A stretch of DNA of 64,000 nucleotides from Candidatus Omnitrophota bacterium. Lineage in GTDB: Bacteria > Omnitrophota > Gorgyraeia > Zapsychrales > Fredricksoniimonadaceae. How positions within the stretch are numbered: position 1 is the stretch's first letter; the number at the start of each line of letters is the position of its first letter. The translations under genes were made by a program, and so were the position numbers. Where the stretch lies: assembly GCA_903860135.1 (NCBI GenBank), contig CAIOPG010000017.1, positions 11,364 to 75,363 of the forward strand, written 5' to 3'. This document shows, one piece after another, positions 1-10,675 of this stretch. Below the pieces are notes generated by a model that worked only from the letters and a program-made list of their open reading frames with translations, was not told the origin of the DNA and searched no databases.

Positions 1-738
1 ATCATGCTCCGCTACTGTACCGGAAAACCTGTGCTTAAGATCAGCGGCAACACCCTCACCACGGATGCTTCGACCCAACTCGACGACCTCGCTCTTGCGG
101 CGATCAACAGCCGCCTCGACGGGCTAACCGCCATGAGCGGCATCCCGGGAACAGTGGGCGGTGCCATCGCCGGCAATGCCGGTGCTTACGGCCAGCAGGT
201 TGCCGACCACCTGATGGCGGTCACCGCCCTGATGCCGGACAACGCCGTGATCACGATCCCCAGGAACGCTATCCGTTTTGACTACCGTGACTCGGATTTC
301 AAATATAACAACGCTATCATCCTCGAAGCATCCTTCGCCTTGACCCCGGCTGAAGACATAACGGTGCTCCACGCCCGACGCCACGAGATCCTGGAAACAC
401 GCCGCAGCAAGCACGGCACTTGGGAAAAGAATCCCTGCGCCGGATCATTCTTTCGCAATATCGAACCCGCCGCCCCCGGTGGTCTGCGCCAGGCCGCCGG
501 ATCATTCCTCGAAAGATCAGGCGCCAAAGGCCTTGATGTCAACGGCGCCCATGCCTACCAGAACCATGCCAACATCATCACCCGCGACGACGGAGCCACG
601 GCCCAGGATGTTTACAACCTCACCCTGGCTATGGCGAAACTTGTCAAAACAACATTCAACATTGAGCTGGTACGGGAAGTAAGGCTGTTGGGAGAATTTA
701 AGAACGCATCGACCTGCAATCCCGCAGGTTTCTGGTAA
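1..738 (+). CDS. murB: UDP-N-acetylenolpyruvoylglucosamine reductase MurB, C-terminal ~245 aa (5' end outside window)
   Basis: Translation carries MurB C-domain motifs (IPGTVGGAIAGNAGAYG, CAGSFFRN, AAGSFLE). The frame is open to the window edge. Confidence 0.8.
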   Translation: MMLRYCTGKPVLKISGNTLTTDASTQLDDLALAAINSRLDGLTAMSGIPGTVGGAIAGNAGAYGQQVADHLMAVTALMPDNAVITIPRNAIRFDYRDSDFKYNNAIILEASFALTPAEDITVLHARRHEILETRRSKHGTWEKNPCAGSFFRNIEPAAPGGLRQAAGSFLERSGAKGLDVNGAHAYQNHANIITRDDGATAQDVYNLTLAMAKLVKTTFNIELVREVRLLGEFKNASTCNPAGFW

Positions 739-762
739 CGCGACCTGCAAAGGATACGGCCA

Positions 763-1125
763 TCAAGTCTTGAGATGAGACTTGGCGCATCGTGCCGACG
801 GCTTTGGCAAGATATACTTCACACCGATATCAAACGATACCGCCGATATTTCGGTGACGCGAACGACCTTGGCGCGTCCGTTGTAAATATCGATCACCCC
901 GGACATGACAACCTGCAGTTCAACAATATCACCGACCAAATAAGCCCTCGAACTCAGGAACAGCAGACCGCTATGGCTCATATCTTTTGTGGAAGAAAGA
1001 CTCCAGTCAGCAACGCCATCTGAGGCGCGCGACCGGACAAGGCGGTGCCTCAAGGCAAGGATGCGATGAACGCGCTCGCCCCTGCGGCGTTCTCCCATAA
1101 CACTATCTTTAGCCATCCTCGACAT
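763..1125 (-). CDS. Small PilZ-domain (c-di-GMP-binding) protein, 120 aa
   Basis: It has an RxxxR motif (ERRRGER) followed about 25 aa later by D-x-S-x-x-G (DMSHSG), the two-part PilZ signature. It starts 9 bp downstream of the fumC stop on the same strand. Confidence 0.45.
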   Translation of the reverse strand: MSRMAKDSVMGERRRGERVHRILALRHRLVRSRASDGVADWSLSSTKDMSHSGLLFLSSRAYLVGDIVELQVVMSGVIDIYNGRAKVVRVTEISAVSFDIGVKYILPKPSARCAKSHLKT

Positions 1126-1133
1126 GCTGATCC

Positions 1134-2522
1134 TTAGGCAGGGCCGGTCATCCGGACTGGTTGAACAAAACGGCCATATTCTTCAGCTGTTACAAAACCT
1201 AAGACGAGTGCCGCCGCCTTAAGTGTCATATTCTCGTTGTGGGCTTTTTTGACCACCAATGCCGCCCGATCATACCCTATATGTGGCACAAGAGCTGTTA
1301 CGGTCATCAGAGAATTTTCGACATTCGCTTCGAGACGCCGCAGGTCAGGCTCAATCCCCGCCACACAATTATCCGTAAAACTCATGCAGGCATCCGTCAA
1401 CAGATGGATCGATTGCAGGACATTATAGATGATCACAGGCTTGTACACATTCAGTTCAAAATTACCCGATGCGCCGGCCACCGCCACCGTCGTGTCATTG
1501 CCCATGACCTGCGCACAAACCATGGTCATGGCCTCACACTGGGTCGGATTAACTTTGCCCGGCATGATCGAGCTCCCGGGCTCATTCTCAGGGATCGTGA
1601 TCTCTCCCAGGCCGCAGCGCGGACCGGAAGCCATCCAACGGATATCATTGGCGATCTTCATCAGCGAACAAGCCGCCGTCTTCAAAACACCCGAAAGCTC
1701 AACCATGGTATCATGGGCGGCCAAACCTTCGAACTTGTTGCGCGCCGGACGAAAAGGCAGGCGTGTGATCTCGGCGATGATCTCCGATGCTACTTTGCCA
1801 AGATCCCGATGCGCATTTAACCCGGTGCCCACAGCCGTCCCTCCCAAAGGGATCTCCATCAGGCGGGGCCAGACAGCATTCAGCCGTTCGACGGTATTCC
1901 CCAGCTGGCAGGCGTACCCCGAAAACTCCTGGCCTAACGTCAGCGGGGTCGCATCCATCAAATGCGTCCGCCCGATCTTGACAATGGCTTTGAACTTCTC
2001 CGCTTTCTCATCGAGGACAGCCTGCAACCCCTTGAGGGCCGGTAAAAGTTCATGATAAACAGCCTCGGCCGCCGACACATGCATCGCCGCCGGAAAGACA
2101 TCATTGGAAGACTGCCCCTTGTTAACATCATCATTGGGATGAACAGGATGCCTCGTCCCCATCACGCCGCCCATAAGGACACAGGCACGGTTGCCGATCA
2201 CTTCATTCAGGTTCATATTGGTTTGTGTCCCACTGCCTGTCTGCCAGACAACCAGAGGAAAATGGGCATCCAGGTGCCCGCTCATCACCTCTTCGGCCGC
2301 AGAAACAATGGCCTCCGCTTTCTTGCGGTCAAGCACACCCAGCCGGACATTGGCCATGGCACATGACTTCTTGATGATCGCCATAGCCCGGATGAAGCCC
2401 CGGGGAAAGGTCTGGTCCCCGATCCTGAAATTCTCCAGGGACCGCTGGGTCTGGGCTCCGTAATACATACCTGCCGGAACCTTGACATCCCCCATGCTGT
2501 CGGATTCAATACGGTATTCCAT
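1134..2522 (-). CDS. fumC: Class II fumarate hydratase
   Basis: [15 protein letters not shown] fumarase/aspartase signature. The N-terminus [17 protein letters not shown]...[12 protein letters not shown] aligns closely with E. coli FumC. Length 462 aa. Confidence 0.9.
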   Translation of the reverse strand: MEYRIESDSMGDVKVPAGMYYGAQTQRSLENFRIGDQTFPRGFIRAMAIIKKSCAMANVRLGVLDRKKAEAIVSAAEEVMSGHLDAHFPLVVWQTGSGTQTNMNLNEVIGNRACVLMGGVMGTRHPVHPNDDVNKGQSSNDVFPAAMHVSAAEAVYHELLPALKGLQAVLDEKAEKFKAIVKIGRTHLMDATPLTLGQEFSGYACQLGNTVERLNAVWPRLMEIPLGGTAVGTGLNAHRDLGKVASEIIAEITRLPFRPARNKFEGLAAHDTMVELSGVLKTAACSLMKIANDIRWMASGPRCGLGEITIPENEPGSSIMPGKVNPTQCEAMTMVCAQVMGNDTTVAVAGASGNFELNVYKPVIIYNVLQSIHLLTDACMSFTDNCVAGIEPDLRRLEANVENSLMTVTALVPHIGYDRAALVVKKAHNENMTLKAAALVLGFVTAEEYGRFVQPVRMTGPA

Positions 2523-2523
2523 A

Positions 2524-3981
2524 TCAGTTCTTCTCGATGAAATCTGTCAATAAACGGACCCCGTAACCGGTGGCCCCATGGCCAAAGTACATCCTGGAAT
2601 CACCGTCGACAAAAGCCGTCCCCGCGATATCAAGGTGCGCCCAGGGGACCTCTCCCACAAACTGATGCAGGAACTCGGCCCCGGTCATCGTGCCGGCAGA
2701 ACCTTTCTGATTGCTGATGTTCTTCATGTCCGCGATCTTCGATTTGATCATATCCTTCAGCTCGGGATACAGGGGCAATCGCCAGGCCCTGTCGTCGGTC
2801 GCCGCCGCACTGGCCAGGATGGCATCGGCCAGCGCATCATTGTTGGACATAAGCCCGGCATAATCATACCCAAGCCCGACGACACACGCCCCTGTCAGGG
2901 TGGCGATATCCACAAGCCGCGCCGGTTTATATTTATCGATAACATAAGCGATCACATCCGCCAGGACCAGCCGACCCTCGGCATCCGTATTACCAACCTC
3001 GACGGACTTGCCGGCATAACCGGTGATCACGTCACCCGGCTTATAAGCATTGGCATCGATGGCATTCTCGGCCGCGCCAAAAGCAAAAATGATATTTTTC
3101 TTGATACCCAGTTCAAGGACAGTTTTTAATGTCCCGATAATGGCCGCCGCCCCGCTCATATCACTGCGCATGGTTTCCATACTGCCCGACGGTTTCAAAT
3201 TAAGCCCGCCCGAATCAAACGTAAGGCCTTTACCAACAAGCGCGGTGTAAGGCTCATCGTTGCGTCCGCCATTATAACAGGCAACAACAATCCGCGGCGC
3301 CTGCGCACTGCCTCTGTTCACCGCCAGGATAAGGCCAAATTTCCCGGCCGCAAGCTCCTTGCGCCCCAAAACATCAAGCGTTACCTCCTTGTTGCCCTTC
3401 ACAAGGCCACGCACCGTCTTTGCGAGGTATTCCGCCGTTGTTATGTCGGCGTTCTCATTAATAATATCACGCGTAAAATTCACCGCTGCCGCGATCACGT
3501 TCAGCTTGGTATACAGTGCTTTTTTTTCGGCGACAATGTGCAGATGTTTATGCTCTACTGTCGTATCCTCTTTCTTGCGGGTGATGTATTTCTTCCAGGC
3601 ATAGGCACCGATCACATGCGCATCGATCAAAGCCCTGACCACATCTTCCCCGTCACGGTGGACGACAACTTCGATATCCGCAGTCTTTTTAAAGAAAGAA
3701 GCTCCCAATGCCCGCCGCAAAAGAACACGCAGGGAAGGCAATGTCAGCTCTTCCTCCTTGCCAAGGCCTAAAAGAAGCACCAGGCATCGGCCACAAACGA
3801 CCGGGAACATTTCCCCTTTGGTGCCCTCAAATTTCCCTGAACCAAGAACCGCGTTCAAGGCCGCCGCAACGCCTTTGTCAACAACAGGAACAACCCCGGC
3901 ACTGACCTGAGCGGCTGTCAAACAGACAAGCGCGGCCGGTTTGTTAAATAAAGCTTTGGGAATAAAACTGATCACACACAA
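2524..3981 (-). CDS. pepA: Leucyl (cytosol) aminopeptidase
   Basis: [14 protein letters not shown]17 peptidase signature. 485 aa. Its stop sits next to the fumC start. Confidence 0.9.
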   Translation of the reverse strand: MCVISFIPKALFNKPAALVCLTAAQVSAGVVPVVDKGVAAALNAVLGSGKFEGTKGEMFPVVCGRCLVLLLGLGKEEELTLPSLRVLLRRALGASFFKKTADIEVVVHRDGEDVVRALIDAHVIGAYAWKKYITRKKEDTTVEHKHLHIVAEKKALYTKLNVIAAAVNFTRDIINENADITTAEYLAKTVRGLVKGNKEVTLDVLGRKELAAGKFGLILAVNRGSAQAPRIVVACYNGGRNDEPYTALVGKGLTFDSGGLNLKPSGSMETMRSDMSGAAAIIGTLKTVLELGIKKNIIFAFGAAENAIDANAYKPGDVITGYAGKSVEVGNTDAEGRLVLADVIAYVIDKYKPARLVDIATLTGACVVGLGYDYAGLMSNNDALADAILASAAATDDRAWRLPLYPELKDMIKSKIADMKNISNQKGSAGTMTGAEFLHQFVGEVPWAHLDIAGTAFVDGDSRMYFGHGATGYGVRLLTDFIEKN

Positions 3982-3993
3982 CTCCTTGTTAAA

Positions 3994-5298
3994 TTAAACT
4001 CTTCGGGTAACGGGAACATAATCGCGCCGCTGAGGCCCGACATAGATCTGACGCGGACGCCCGATCTTCGAGCCGCCAGGAACCTCGATCATCTCTTTCC
4101 AATGGGCGATCCATCCGGGCATGCGGCCTATGGCAAACATAACCGTGAACATATCCTTGGGAATGCCGATGGCCTTGTAGATCAAACCACTGTAAAAATC
4201 CACATTCGGATAAAGATTCCGCTCAACGAAATAAGGGTCTCTCAAGACAGCTTCTTCAAGTTGGATCGCGATCTCAAGCAAGGGATCATCAATACCCAGC
4301 TTGCCCAGGAGTTGATGGGCGCACTGCTTGATGATCTTCGCGCGCGGGTCATAGCTCTTGTAAACACGATGCCCGACACCCATCAGGCGAAAGGTGTTGT
4401 TCTTGTCCTTGGCCATATCAATGTATTTCTCGATCCCGCCGCCATGGGCATGGATCATCTCGAGCATATCAATGACGGCCTCATTGGCCCCGCCATGCAG
4501 GGGACCCCAGAGAGCACAGATCCCCGCCGAGACTGACGCAAAAAGGTTGGTGCGCGCGCTACCCACAAGCCGTACCGTTGAGGTCGAACAATTCTGCTCG
4601 TGATCAGCATGAAGGATGAACAGCACCTTCATGGCCTGAACGACCTCGTCATAGATCTTGTACGGCTTGGTCGGCGATGAGAACATCATATTGAGAAGAT
4701 TAGGGACATACTCCATATCTTCATGGGGATAAATAAAAGGCTCACCGATGGATTTTTTGTACGCGAAGGCCACGATCGTCCTGACCTTGGACATTAACTG
4801 GATGGCGATCCGGTCGAAATCTTCCTTTGTCGGATTCATCATGTCTATGCCGGGATAATACGCCGACAACGAACATACCATCGATGCCAGAACGGCCATC
4901 GGATGCGCGCTCGAGGGATAACCGTCGAAAAAACGTTTCATGTCCTCATGGATCATCGAGTGATCCGTGAAATTCTCGGAAAGGCGGCGCAACTGCTCGG
5001 CTGACGGCAATTCACCATAAATAAGCAAATGCGCCACTTCCAGGAAACTCGAGTGCTCGGCAAGCTGTTCAATAGGATAACCGCGGTAACGCAGGACACC
5101 GGCATCCCCGTCGAGATAGGTAATAGCGCTCTCGCAATTGGATGTATTCCCGAAGCCATGATCGAGCGTGACGTAATTCGTCAACGTACGCAGCTTGGAA
5201 ATATCAATGCCTTTTTCACCTTCGGTTCCAACAACAATAGGCAGTTCAAACGTATTCCCGTCGAGAATAACTTTAGCCGGCTGAGGATGCTGTTCCAT
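3994..5298 (-). CDS. gltA: Citrate synthase
   Basis: GVGHRVYK signature and GYPIEQLAE motif. 434 aa, typical of type II citrate synthase. Confidence 0.9.
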   Translation of the reverse strand: MEQHPQPAKVILDGNTFELPIVVGTEGEKGIDISKLRTLTNYVTLDHGFGNTSNCESAITYLDGDAGVLRYRGYPIEQLAEHSSFLEVAHLLIYGELPSAEQLRRLSENFTDHSMIHEDMKRFFDGYPSSAHPMAVLASMVCSLSAYYPGIDMMNPTKEDFDRIAIQLMSKVRTIVAFAYKKSIGEPFIYPHEDMEYVPNLLNMMFSSPTKPYKIYDEVVQAMKVLFILHADHEQNCSTSTVRLVGSARTNLFASVSAGICALWGPLHGGANEAVIDMLEMIHAHGGGIEKYIDMAKDKNNTFRLMGVGHRVYKSYDPRAKIIKQCAHQLLGKLGIDDPLLEIAIQLEEAVLRDPYFVERNLYPNVDFYSGLIYKAIGIPKDMFTVMFAIGRMPGWIAHWKEMIEVPGGSKIGRPRQIYVGPQRRDYVPVTRRV

Positions 5299-5324
5299 TC
5301 AACGACCTCCAATGCAAAGATTTT

Positions 5325-6416
5325 TCATTGCCCAGATACCGTATGTCCCCGAAGGACCTGGGTCTCAACATCCCGTTTAATAATACAAACATCCGGCAAG
5401 ATAGTAAGGAACACATCCACTACTTCCGGATCGAAATGGGCTCCGGACATCTTTCTTATTTCAACTGCCGCCGCCTCAACCGACCAGGCATTCTTGTACG
5501 GCCTGTCAGATGTCAAGGCATCAAAAACATCACATACCGAACAAATACGGCCAACTAAAGGGATCTCTTTACCCTTTAAACCTACAGGATAACCTGCCCC
5601 ATCCCAGCGTTCATGATGCGTGCGTGCGATCGTTTCGGACATCTTAAGGAACGATGAATCTCCGCCGGAAAGGATCTCTCCGCCTATCCAGGCATGTGTC
5701 TTCATAACCCCCCACTCCTCGGGGGTCAGCGAACCGGGTTTCAAAAGGATACTGTCCGGGATCGCGATCTTGCCGATATCATGGAGCGGAGCCGACGCCA
5801 AGATCAGTTCACACTCTTCCCCGGTCATCCCCATGGCACGGGCTAGGCAAGCACAAAAACGACTCATGCGCACAATATGCTGACCCGTATCACTATCACG
5901 GCATTCCGCGGCATATCCCAACCGGCGGATGACATCAAGCCTGCTATCACTCAGCTCCTTGGTCCGCGCCGCGATCTTAACTTCAAGGTCATCGTTCTTC
6001 TCCTGCAATTCCTGATAAAGAAGACGGACTTCAATGATGTTCCGGCAACGCAACACAACCTTGGCCCCATCGTATGGCTTGTTCAGGAAGTCTTTCGCAC
6101 CGCCAGAAAGGGCGCGTGCGTAAACCTCCGGGTCGGTCTCCGCAGAAATAACCAAGATGGGCAGGTAATCATCCGGATACGTCTCACGCAACTGTTGCAT
6201 GACCGTAAACCCGTCAATACCAGGCAGATTTAAATCAAGGAGCACCAAATGGGGCTTGTACTGCTTATAAATAGTATGGACGTGCCCAGCATCGGGGATC
6301 GCATGCACATCAATAAATCCTGCCGACAACAGAATATTCACCAGAAGTTTGCGGCTAATGGTATCATCCTCAACAACAAGAATACGTGCGTTAAGGATCG
6401 CTTCCGGGGAGATCAT
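5325..6416 (-). CDS. Response regulator with receiver plus HD-GYP phosphodiesterase domain (RpfG-like)
   Basis: N-terminal REC (ILVVEDD...LLDLNLPGIDG). C-terminal HD-GYP with HD...HHERWDGAGYP. Confidence 0.85.
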   Translation of the reverse strand: MISPEAILNARILVVEDDTISRKLLVNILLSAGFIDVHAIPDAGHVHTIYKQYKPHLVLLDLNLPGIDGFTVMQQLRETYPDDYLPILVISAETDPEVYARALSGGAKDFLNKPYDGAKVVLRCRNIIEVRLLYQELQEKNDDLEVKIAARTKELSDSRLDVIRRLGYAAECRDSDTGQHIVRMSRFCACLARAMGMTGEECELILASAPLHDIGKIAIPDSILLKPGSLTPEEWGVMKTHAWIGGEILSGGDSSFLKMSETIARTHHERWDGAGYPVGLKGKEIPLVGRICSVCDVFDALTSDRPYKNAWSVEAAAVEIRKMSGAHFDPEVVDVFLTILPDVCIIKRDVETQVLRGHTVSGQ

Positions 6417-6534
6417 AAAGAAACCTTTCCATACTCTCGGATGACATCATTGAAGAAAGACACCCTGAACCGCATCTGTTTCGACGAGAAATAATAGCAG
6501 AAGAAAAACTTCCGGTAAACGAAATTCGTCAAAA

Positions 6535-7917
6535 TCAAGTCCGCGCGCCGTGAATGATATCCAGTACAACCTTCATCCCTGAAGCCGCCTGCTCCCACGC
6601 TTCCAGAGGATCTGTCCCCTTGGTGAATACCGCCGAAGCGTACGCGTGCAAACTCTTTTCTTCAAGAAGACAGGCTCTTGCCGCCACCGCCAGTTCCGTA
6701 TAATCTTTACTCAAAAAACCAACCGGGCCGCAAAACCATCCCCGGTCAAAAACCTCATGCTGTTGCAAGAACAACCGCGCTTTTTCCGCAGGCATCCCCG
6801 AAACAACCGGCGACGGATGCAGCGCCTGTAAGAACTCCCTGTCTGTAATATCCTCACTGAGAGTTCCTGAAAGGCGCACAGCAAGCTGATGATGGTGCGC
6901 ACGGCTAAAGACTTCCGACTCGCGGTCAACCTGATACGACCGGCAAAACTGTCGAAAGACCTCGATCATGGCGCCAGCAAAAAGATTATGGCCGCGTAAT
7001 AGCTTGTCCGATTTTAAGAGTGAATGGGAAAGCCTGTCATCATGTGCCGCATCAACACCACGCGGGCAAACACCCAGAATGGCCAGGCTCTTGACACGAT
7101 TGCCATTGCGCACATACAGGAGCTCTGGCGAAACCCCAAAGAATACATCTTCCCCTGCCGAAAAAAGGAACGCGAAATCATCCTGTTGCTCGGTCAGGAA
7201 AGTTTCAAGCATCTTTTCGGGGAAAACCATATTTTCAAGTTCAATGGTTACCCGGCGTGCCATAACAATGTTTTGAAGCACCCCATTCTCCAATGCTCTC
7301 TCGGCCTGTTCCGCAGCCATGACCCAATCTTCATAATCAGGGACATCTTCACGCGAACTCAAAATAATGTCCCCGCTACTGACATTATTAATAAAACGGA
7401 GTTTTTCCAATTCCATCCTGATGCGACCGTCAAGCGGAGCCTCCGGGGCGCCGCGCACAACATTAACCGCAAGGAAAACACCCTCCGCATGGCAAACGAG
7501 CTCCACAGCCGGAAGGATAAAGCGGATGGCCGGAAAGTTCTTCCATTCAAGGGCACTGACAGAACGATTAAAACTCATGCCAACAAAAAAACGTGCCTCA
7601 GGACAGGCCTGCATCATCGCGTTGATACGGGCATAAAGCTCTTCGAGGGCATACCAGCCGTCAGCGGTGATCTCAAAAGCAGAACCGATCCCGGCAACCG
7701 TCAAAGCTCCGCCGGCAGAACGCCAGAATACCTTGCGGCTGCTGGTCTGTCCGGCAAGCCAGGCAACAGGATCAACATTCACAAGAGGAACCTTGAACCG
7801 CAGGATAACCGATCCCCTTTTAGGATCATTGTCAACGCGCATCGCTTCATCCAATTGCGCAAGCAAGATTTTCTTGGCTTCCTCAAAACCATAATGCATG
7901 ACTTTACCTCGTCGCAA
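6535..7917 (-). CDS. Isochorismate synthase family (MenF/EntC-like chorismate-binding enzyme)
   Basis: Chorismate-binding motifs SPELLY, SLAILGVCPRG, LHPSPVVSGMP and FDRGWFCGPVGF. Overlaps the downstream ubiE/menG gene by 14 bp. Confidence 0.75.
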   Translation of the reverse strand: MRRGKVMHYGFEEAKKILLAQLDEAMRVDNDPKRGSVILRFKVPLVNVDPVAWLAGQTSSRKVFWRSAGGALTVAGIGSAFEITADGWYALEELYARINAMMQACPEARFFVGMSFNRSVSALEWKNFPAIRFILPAVELVCHAEGVFLAVNVVRGAPEAPLDGRIRMELEKLRFINNVSSGDIILSSREDVPDYEDWVMAAEQAERALENGVLQNIVMARRVTIELENMVFPEKMLETFLTEQQDDFAFLFSAGEDVFFGVSPELLYVRNGNRVKSLAILGVCPRGVDAAHDDRLSHSLLKSDKLLRGHNLFAGAMIEVFRQFCRSYQVDRESEVFSRAHHHQLAVRLSGTLSEDITDREFLQALHPSPVVSGMPAEKARLFLQQHEVFDRGWFCGPVGFLSKDYTELAVAARACLLEEKSLHAYASAVFTKGTDPLEAWEQAASGMKVVLDIIHGART

Positions 7918-8584
7918 CGCAGATCGTTACGGCCCCCATGGCCAGCGCATAACGCTCAATAACCCCAAAACCTGCCTGACGGATAATGCGCCCCATCCGT
8001 TCACCGGAAGGAAACGCGCGTATGGATCTGCCCAGATAACAGTACGCTTCCTTCTTCCCTGTAAATAGCCCGCCGATCAAAGGCACCGCCATACCCAAAT
8101 ACAAAGAATGCCCGATCTTTTGCCACCAGCCAGAAGGCATCGAAAACTCAAGGATAATACAACGCCCGCCGGGCTTCAGCACACGAAAAGCCTCGGCCAG
8201 CCCTTGCATCAGATCCGGGAAATTCCGGACACCAAAAGCCGCTGTGACAACATCAAATTCGTGATCTTTGAACGCCAACGCCAGCGCATCGCCGGCGATC
8301 AACTCCACCTTGCCGGTAAGCCCTTGCTGTTGGACCTTCAGCCGCCCGAGGCGGAGCATCTCTTCAGCGCAGTCTATCCCTGTAACCCTGCCGACACGTG
8401 CCTCACGGCCAAGGACGATCGCCATTTCGGCTGTGCCCGCCGCCAGATCAAGCACGCGCAAGGCCGATCCCTCGGGGAGAAAATGAACGGCCTTCTGACG
8501 CCACCGCCGATCCATTCCCAGCGACAAGACCCGGTTCACCTTGTCATAATCCGGGGCAATGGCATCAAATATCTGGATGGTCAT
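7904..8584 (-). CDS. ubiE: Demethylmenaquinone/ubiquinone C-methyltransferase UbiE/MenG
   Basis: The N-terminal region ([24 protein letters not shown]) and the SAM-binding motif LDLAAGTAE are typical of UbiE. 226 aa. Confidence 0.85.
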   Translation of the reverse strand: MTIQIFDAIAPDYDKVNRVLSLGMDRRWRQKAVHFLPEGSALRVLDLAAGTAEMAIVLGREARVGRVTGIDCAEEMLRLGRLKVQQQGLTGKVELIAGDALALAFKDHEFDVVTAAFGVRNFPDLMQGLAEAFRVLKPGGRCIILEFSMPSGWWQKIGHSLYLGMAVPLIGGLFTGKKEAYCYLGRSIRAFPSGERMGRIIRQAGFGVIERYALAMGAVTICVATR

Positions 8585-9512
8585 TCAAAAACCTTTCCGC
8601 ATCAAGGGCGGCCATGCCACCTGAACCAGCGGCCACGATGGCCTGACGATATTTCTTATCCTGCACGTCACCACAGGCAAACACACCCGTGGCACTGGTA
8701 TGCGTTGTCCCGGGGATAACCTTAATATATCCGGCTTCATCAAGTTCGATCTGCCCGCCAAGGAAAGCCGTGTTGGGCGTATGCCCGATCGCGTAAAAAA
8801 GACCACCGCAGGGGAGCTCGGACACCGCATCTGTCCTGACATCCTTCACTTTCAGGCCTGTTAAAAACTTTTCACCATACGCCTCCACAGGAACCGTATG
8901 CCACATGATCGTGATCACAGGGTTTGCCTTGACACGATCCTGCATGGCTTGCGACGCACGCAGGCTATCCCGTCGATGCATGAGGATGACCCTCGACGCG
9001 TATTTGGCCAGATGACAGGCCTCCTCGATCGCCGAATCCCCTCCGCCGACCACCACGAGCACCTTGCCGCGGAAAAGAGGCAGTGCCCCGTCACAAACAG
9101 CACAGGCGGAAATGCCACGCTGCCAATACTTATCTTCCCCAGGGATAGCCATACGCCGAGCCGTTGCCCCGCTGGCAACGATCAAAGCCCGGGCCTCAAT
9201 CTCGCTCCCCGACTCCGTGATAACCCGAAAAGGCCGACGCGAAAGATCAACGCGCACGACCGTTTCAGTCTCGATCCGCGCCCCATGCTTCACGGATTGC
9301 TCCCGCATCCGCTCCATCAACACAGGCCCAGAAACACCTTCTGGAAAACCGGGAAAGTTTTCGATCTCGGTGGTGGTGGTCAACTGCCCTCCCGGGGCTA
9401 TGCCGCCGGCCATCATTCCCTCGAACATCAAGGGCTTGAGGTTGGCGCGTGCCGTATAGATTGCCGCGGTGTGCCCTGCGGGACCTGAACCAATGATAAT
9501 GACATTGTCCAT
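8565..9512 (-). CDS. trxB: Thioredoxin-disulfide reductase
   Basis: [17 protein letters not shown] motif and CAVCDG redox-active disulfide. 315 aa. Confidence 0.9.
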   Translation of the reverse strand: MDNVIIIGSGPAGHTAAIYTARANLKPLMFEGMMAGGIAPGGQLTTTTEIENFPGFPEGVSGPVLMERMREQSVKHGARIETETVVRVDLSRRPFRVITESGSEIEARALIVASGATARRMAIPGEDKYWQRGISACAVCDGALPLFRGKVLVVVGGGDSAIEEACHLAKYASRVILMHRRDSLRASQAMQDRVKANPVITIMWHTVPVEAYGEKFLTGLKVKDVRTDAVSELPCGGLFYAIGHTPNTAFLGGQIELDEAGYIKVIPGTTHTSATGVFACGDVQDKKYRQAIVAAGSGGMAALDAERFLNDHPDI

Positions 9513-10595
9513 TTATACATTCTCCTGAAATGGCCGTAATTCCTTCAACCCTTTTAACTGATCCACCGTGCAACCGTCATCTTCGTTTCCGCGCGATAAC
9601 AATGCCTCCAACGGAATATCCGAGGTGAGCGTAAAACCCATATCACTGATCATGCGCAAGGTCCGGTTATCGGCAGCCCCCTTCGCATTCAAATACCCCT
9701 GCAAGAACAGCGAATTTGCCGCGTAGAGCCCCAGCGGCTCCAGCGAACGCAGATGCAGTTCCCGCCCGGCGGCCATCCTGATCTCTGCCGACGGGTTCAT
9801 CAGGCGGAACAGGCAGAGCACACGCAGACAATATTCAGGTGTCAACCCAACCGCCGCCTTGATGGCAATGCCGGCAACAGGAATCAGAAAGTTAACCGGA
9901 ATAGACGCTGCCCCGGCATCGCGCAGGGTCCGGGCCATGCCATAAACATCATCCGGCCCTTCGCCCATGCCAATGATCACGCCCGAACAAACCGGCAAGC
10001 CTGCCGTTTGGGCCGCCCGGAGCGTCCCCAGGCGATCCGCATAGGTATGACTCGTGCAAATGTACCGGTAGTACTTCTCGGATGTATTGATATTGTGATT
10101 CAGACGATCCAGTCCCGCTTCTTTTAATTGGCGCGCCTGATCCGTATTCACAACACCCGGTGACACGCAAACCTCCATATGGTGCCGGCGCTTGATCTCG
10201 CGGATCAACCGCACCAGATGAGCGATCCGGCTGTCCGAAGGCCCTGTCCCCGAAAACACCAGGCAGTAACGCCCGGCTCCGGCCGCATGGGCCGCGGCGG
10301 CCTCGGCATAAATTTCTTCATCAGACTTCATCGCGTACCCTTCGATCGGCGCCGATGATGACGCCGACTGCGCGCAATAACGGCAATCCTCCGGGCACAT
10401 CCCGTTCTGGACATTGTTGAGGATGTGCACCGTCACGGTCCTGCCAAAATACTGACGGCGGAACCGGTAAGCCAGCGCCAGCAATTCCATGGTGTCCAGC
10501 TGGTTGATATCCAGCATCCGAACGGCATCCTCGCGCGCGAGGACTTCTGATCGCGCGATCGCATCACCCATAACCTGATAATATTTGTCTTTCAT
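9513..10595 (-). CDS. bioB: Biotin synthase-family radical SAM enzyme
   Basis: CPEDCRYCAQS (BioB-type CxxxCxxC). LDRLNHNINTSEKYY...YADRLGTLRAAQTAGLPVCSGVIIGMGE aligns with E. coli BioB. Its TAA stop directly abuts the trxB ATG. Confidence 0.8.
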   Translation of the reverse strand: MKDKYYQVMGDAIARSEVLAREDAVRMLDINQLDTMELLALAYRFRRQYFGRTVTVHILNNVQNGMCPEDCRYCAQSASSSAPIEGYAMKSDEEIYAEAAAAHAAGAGRYCLVFSGTGPSDSRIAHLVRLIREIKRRHHMEVCVSPGVVNTDQARQLKEAGLDRLNHNINTSEKYYRYICTSHTYADRLGTLRAAQTAGLPVCSGVIIGMGEGPDDVYGMARTLRDAGAASIPVNFLIPVAGIAIKAAVGLTPEYCLRVLCLFRLMNPSAEIRMAAGRELHLRSLEPLGLYAANSLFLQGYLNAKGAADNRTLRMISDMGFTLTSDIPLEALLSRGNEDDGCTVDQLKGLKELRPFQENV

Positions 10596-10675
10596 GCCGG
10601 CTATCTTAGCAGAAAGTCAGCAAAAATGCCTTGCTTTTCATCTTCTTTCCTTTATAGTGAGGCATAAAGAAAAAC

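Noticed and set aside
1239-2055. 193-aa and 208-aa plus-strand ORFs
   Set aside because: Both lie inside fumC on the opposite strand, and fumC identity is unambiguous.
5029-5592. 187-aa plus-strand ORF
   Set aside because: Antisense to gltA and the gltA/HD-GYP junction.
7024-7962. 312-aa ORF on the plus strand
   Set aside because: It is entirely antisense to the isochorismate-synthase gene. It has no recognisable motifs and its composition is that of an antisense frame of a GC-rich gene.
8108-8719. 203-aa plus-strand ORF
   Set aside because: Antisense to ubiE/trxB.
9513-10595. Possibility that the radical-SAM gene next to menF-like/ubiE is a futalosine-pathway MqnC/MqnE
   Set aside because: The cluster motif is CPEDCRYCAQ and downstream blocks align with BioB (…NHNINTS…VCSGVIIGMGE). 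Mqn enzymes use CxxxCxFC and different downstream motifs.
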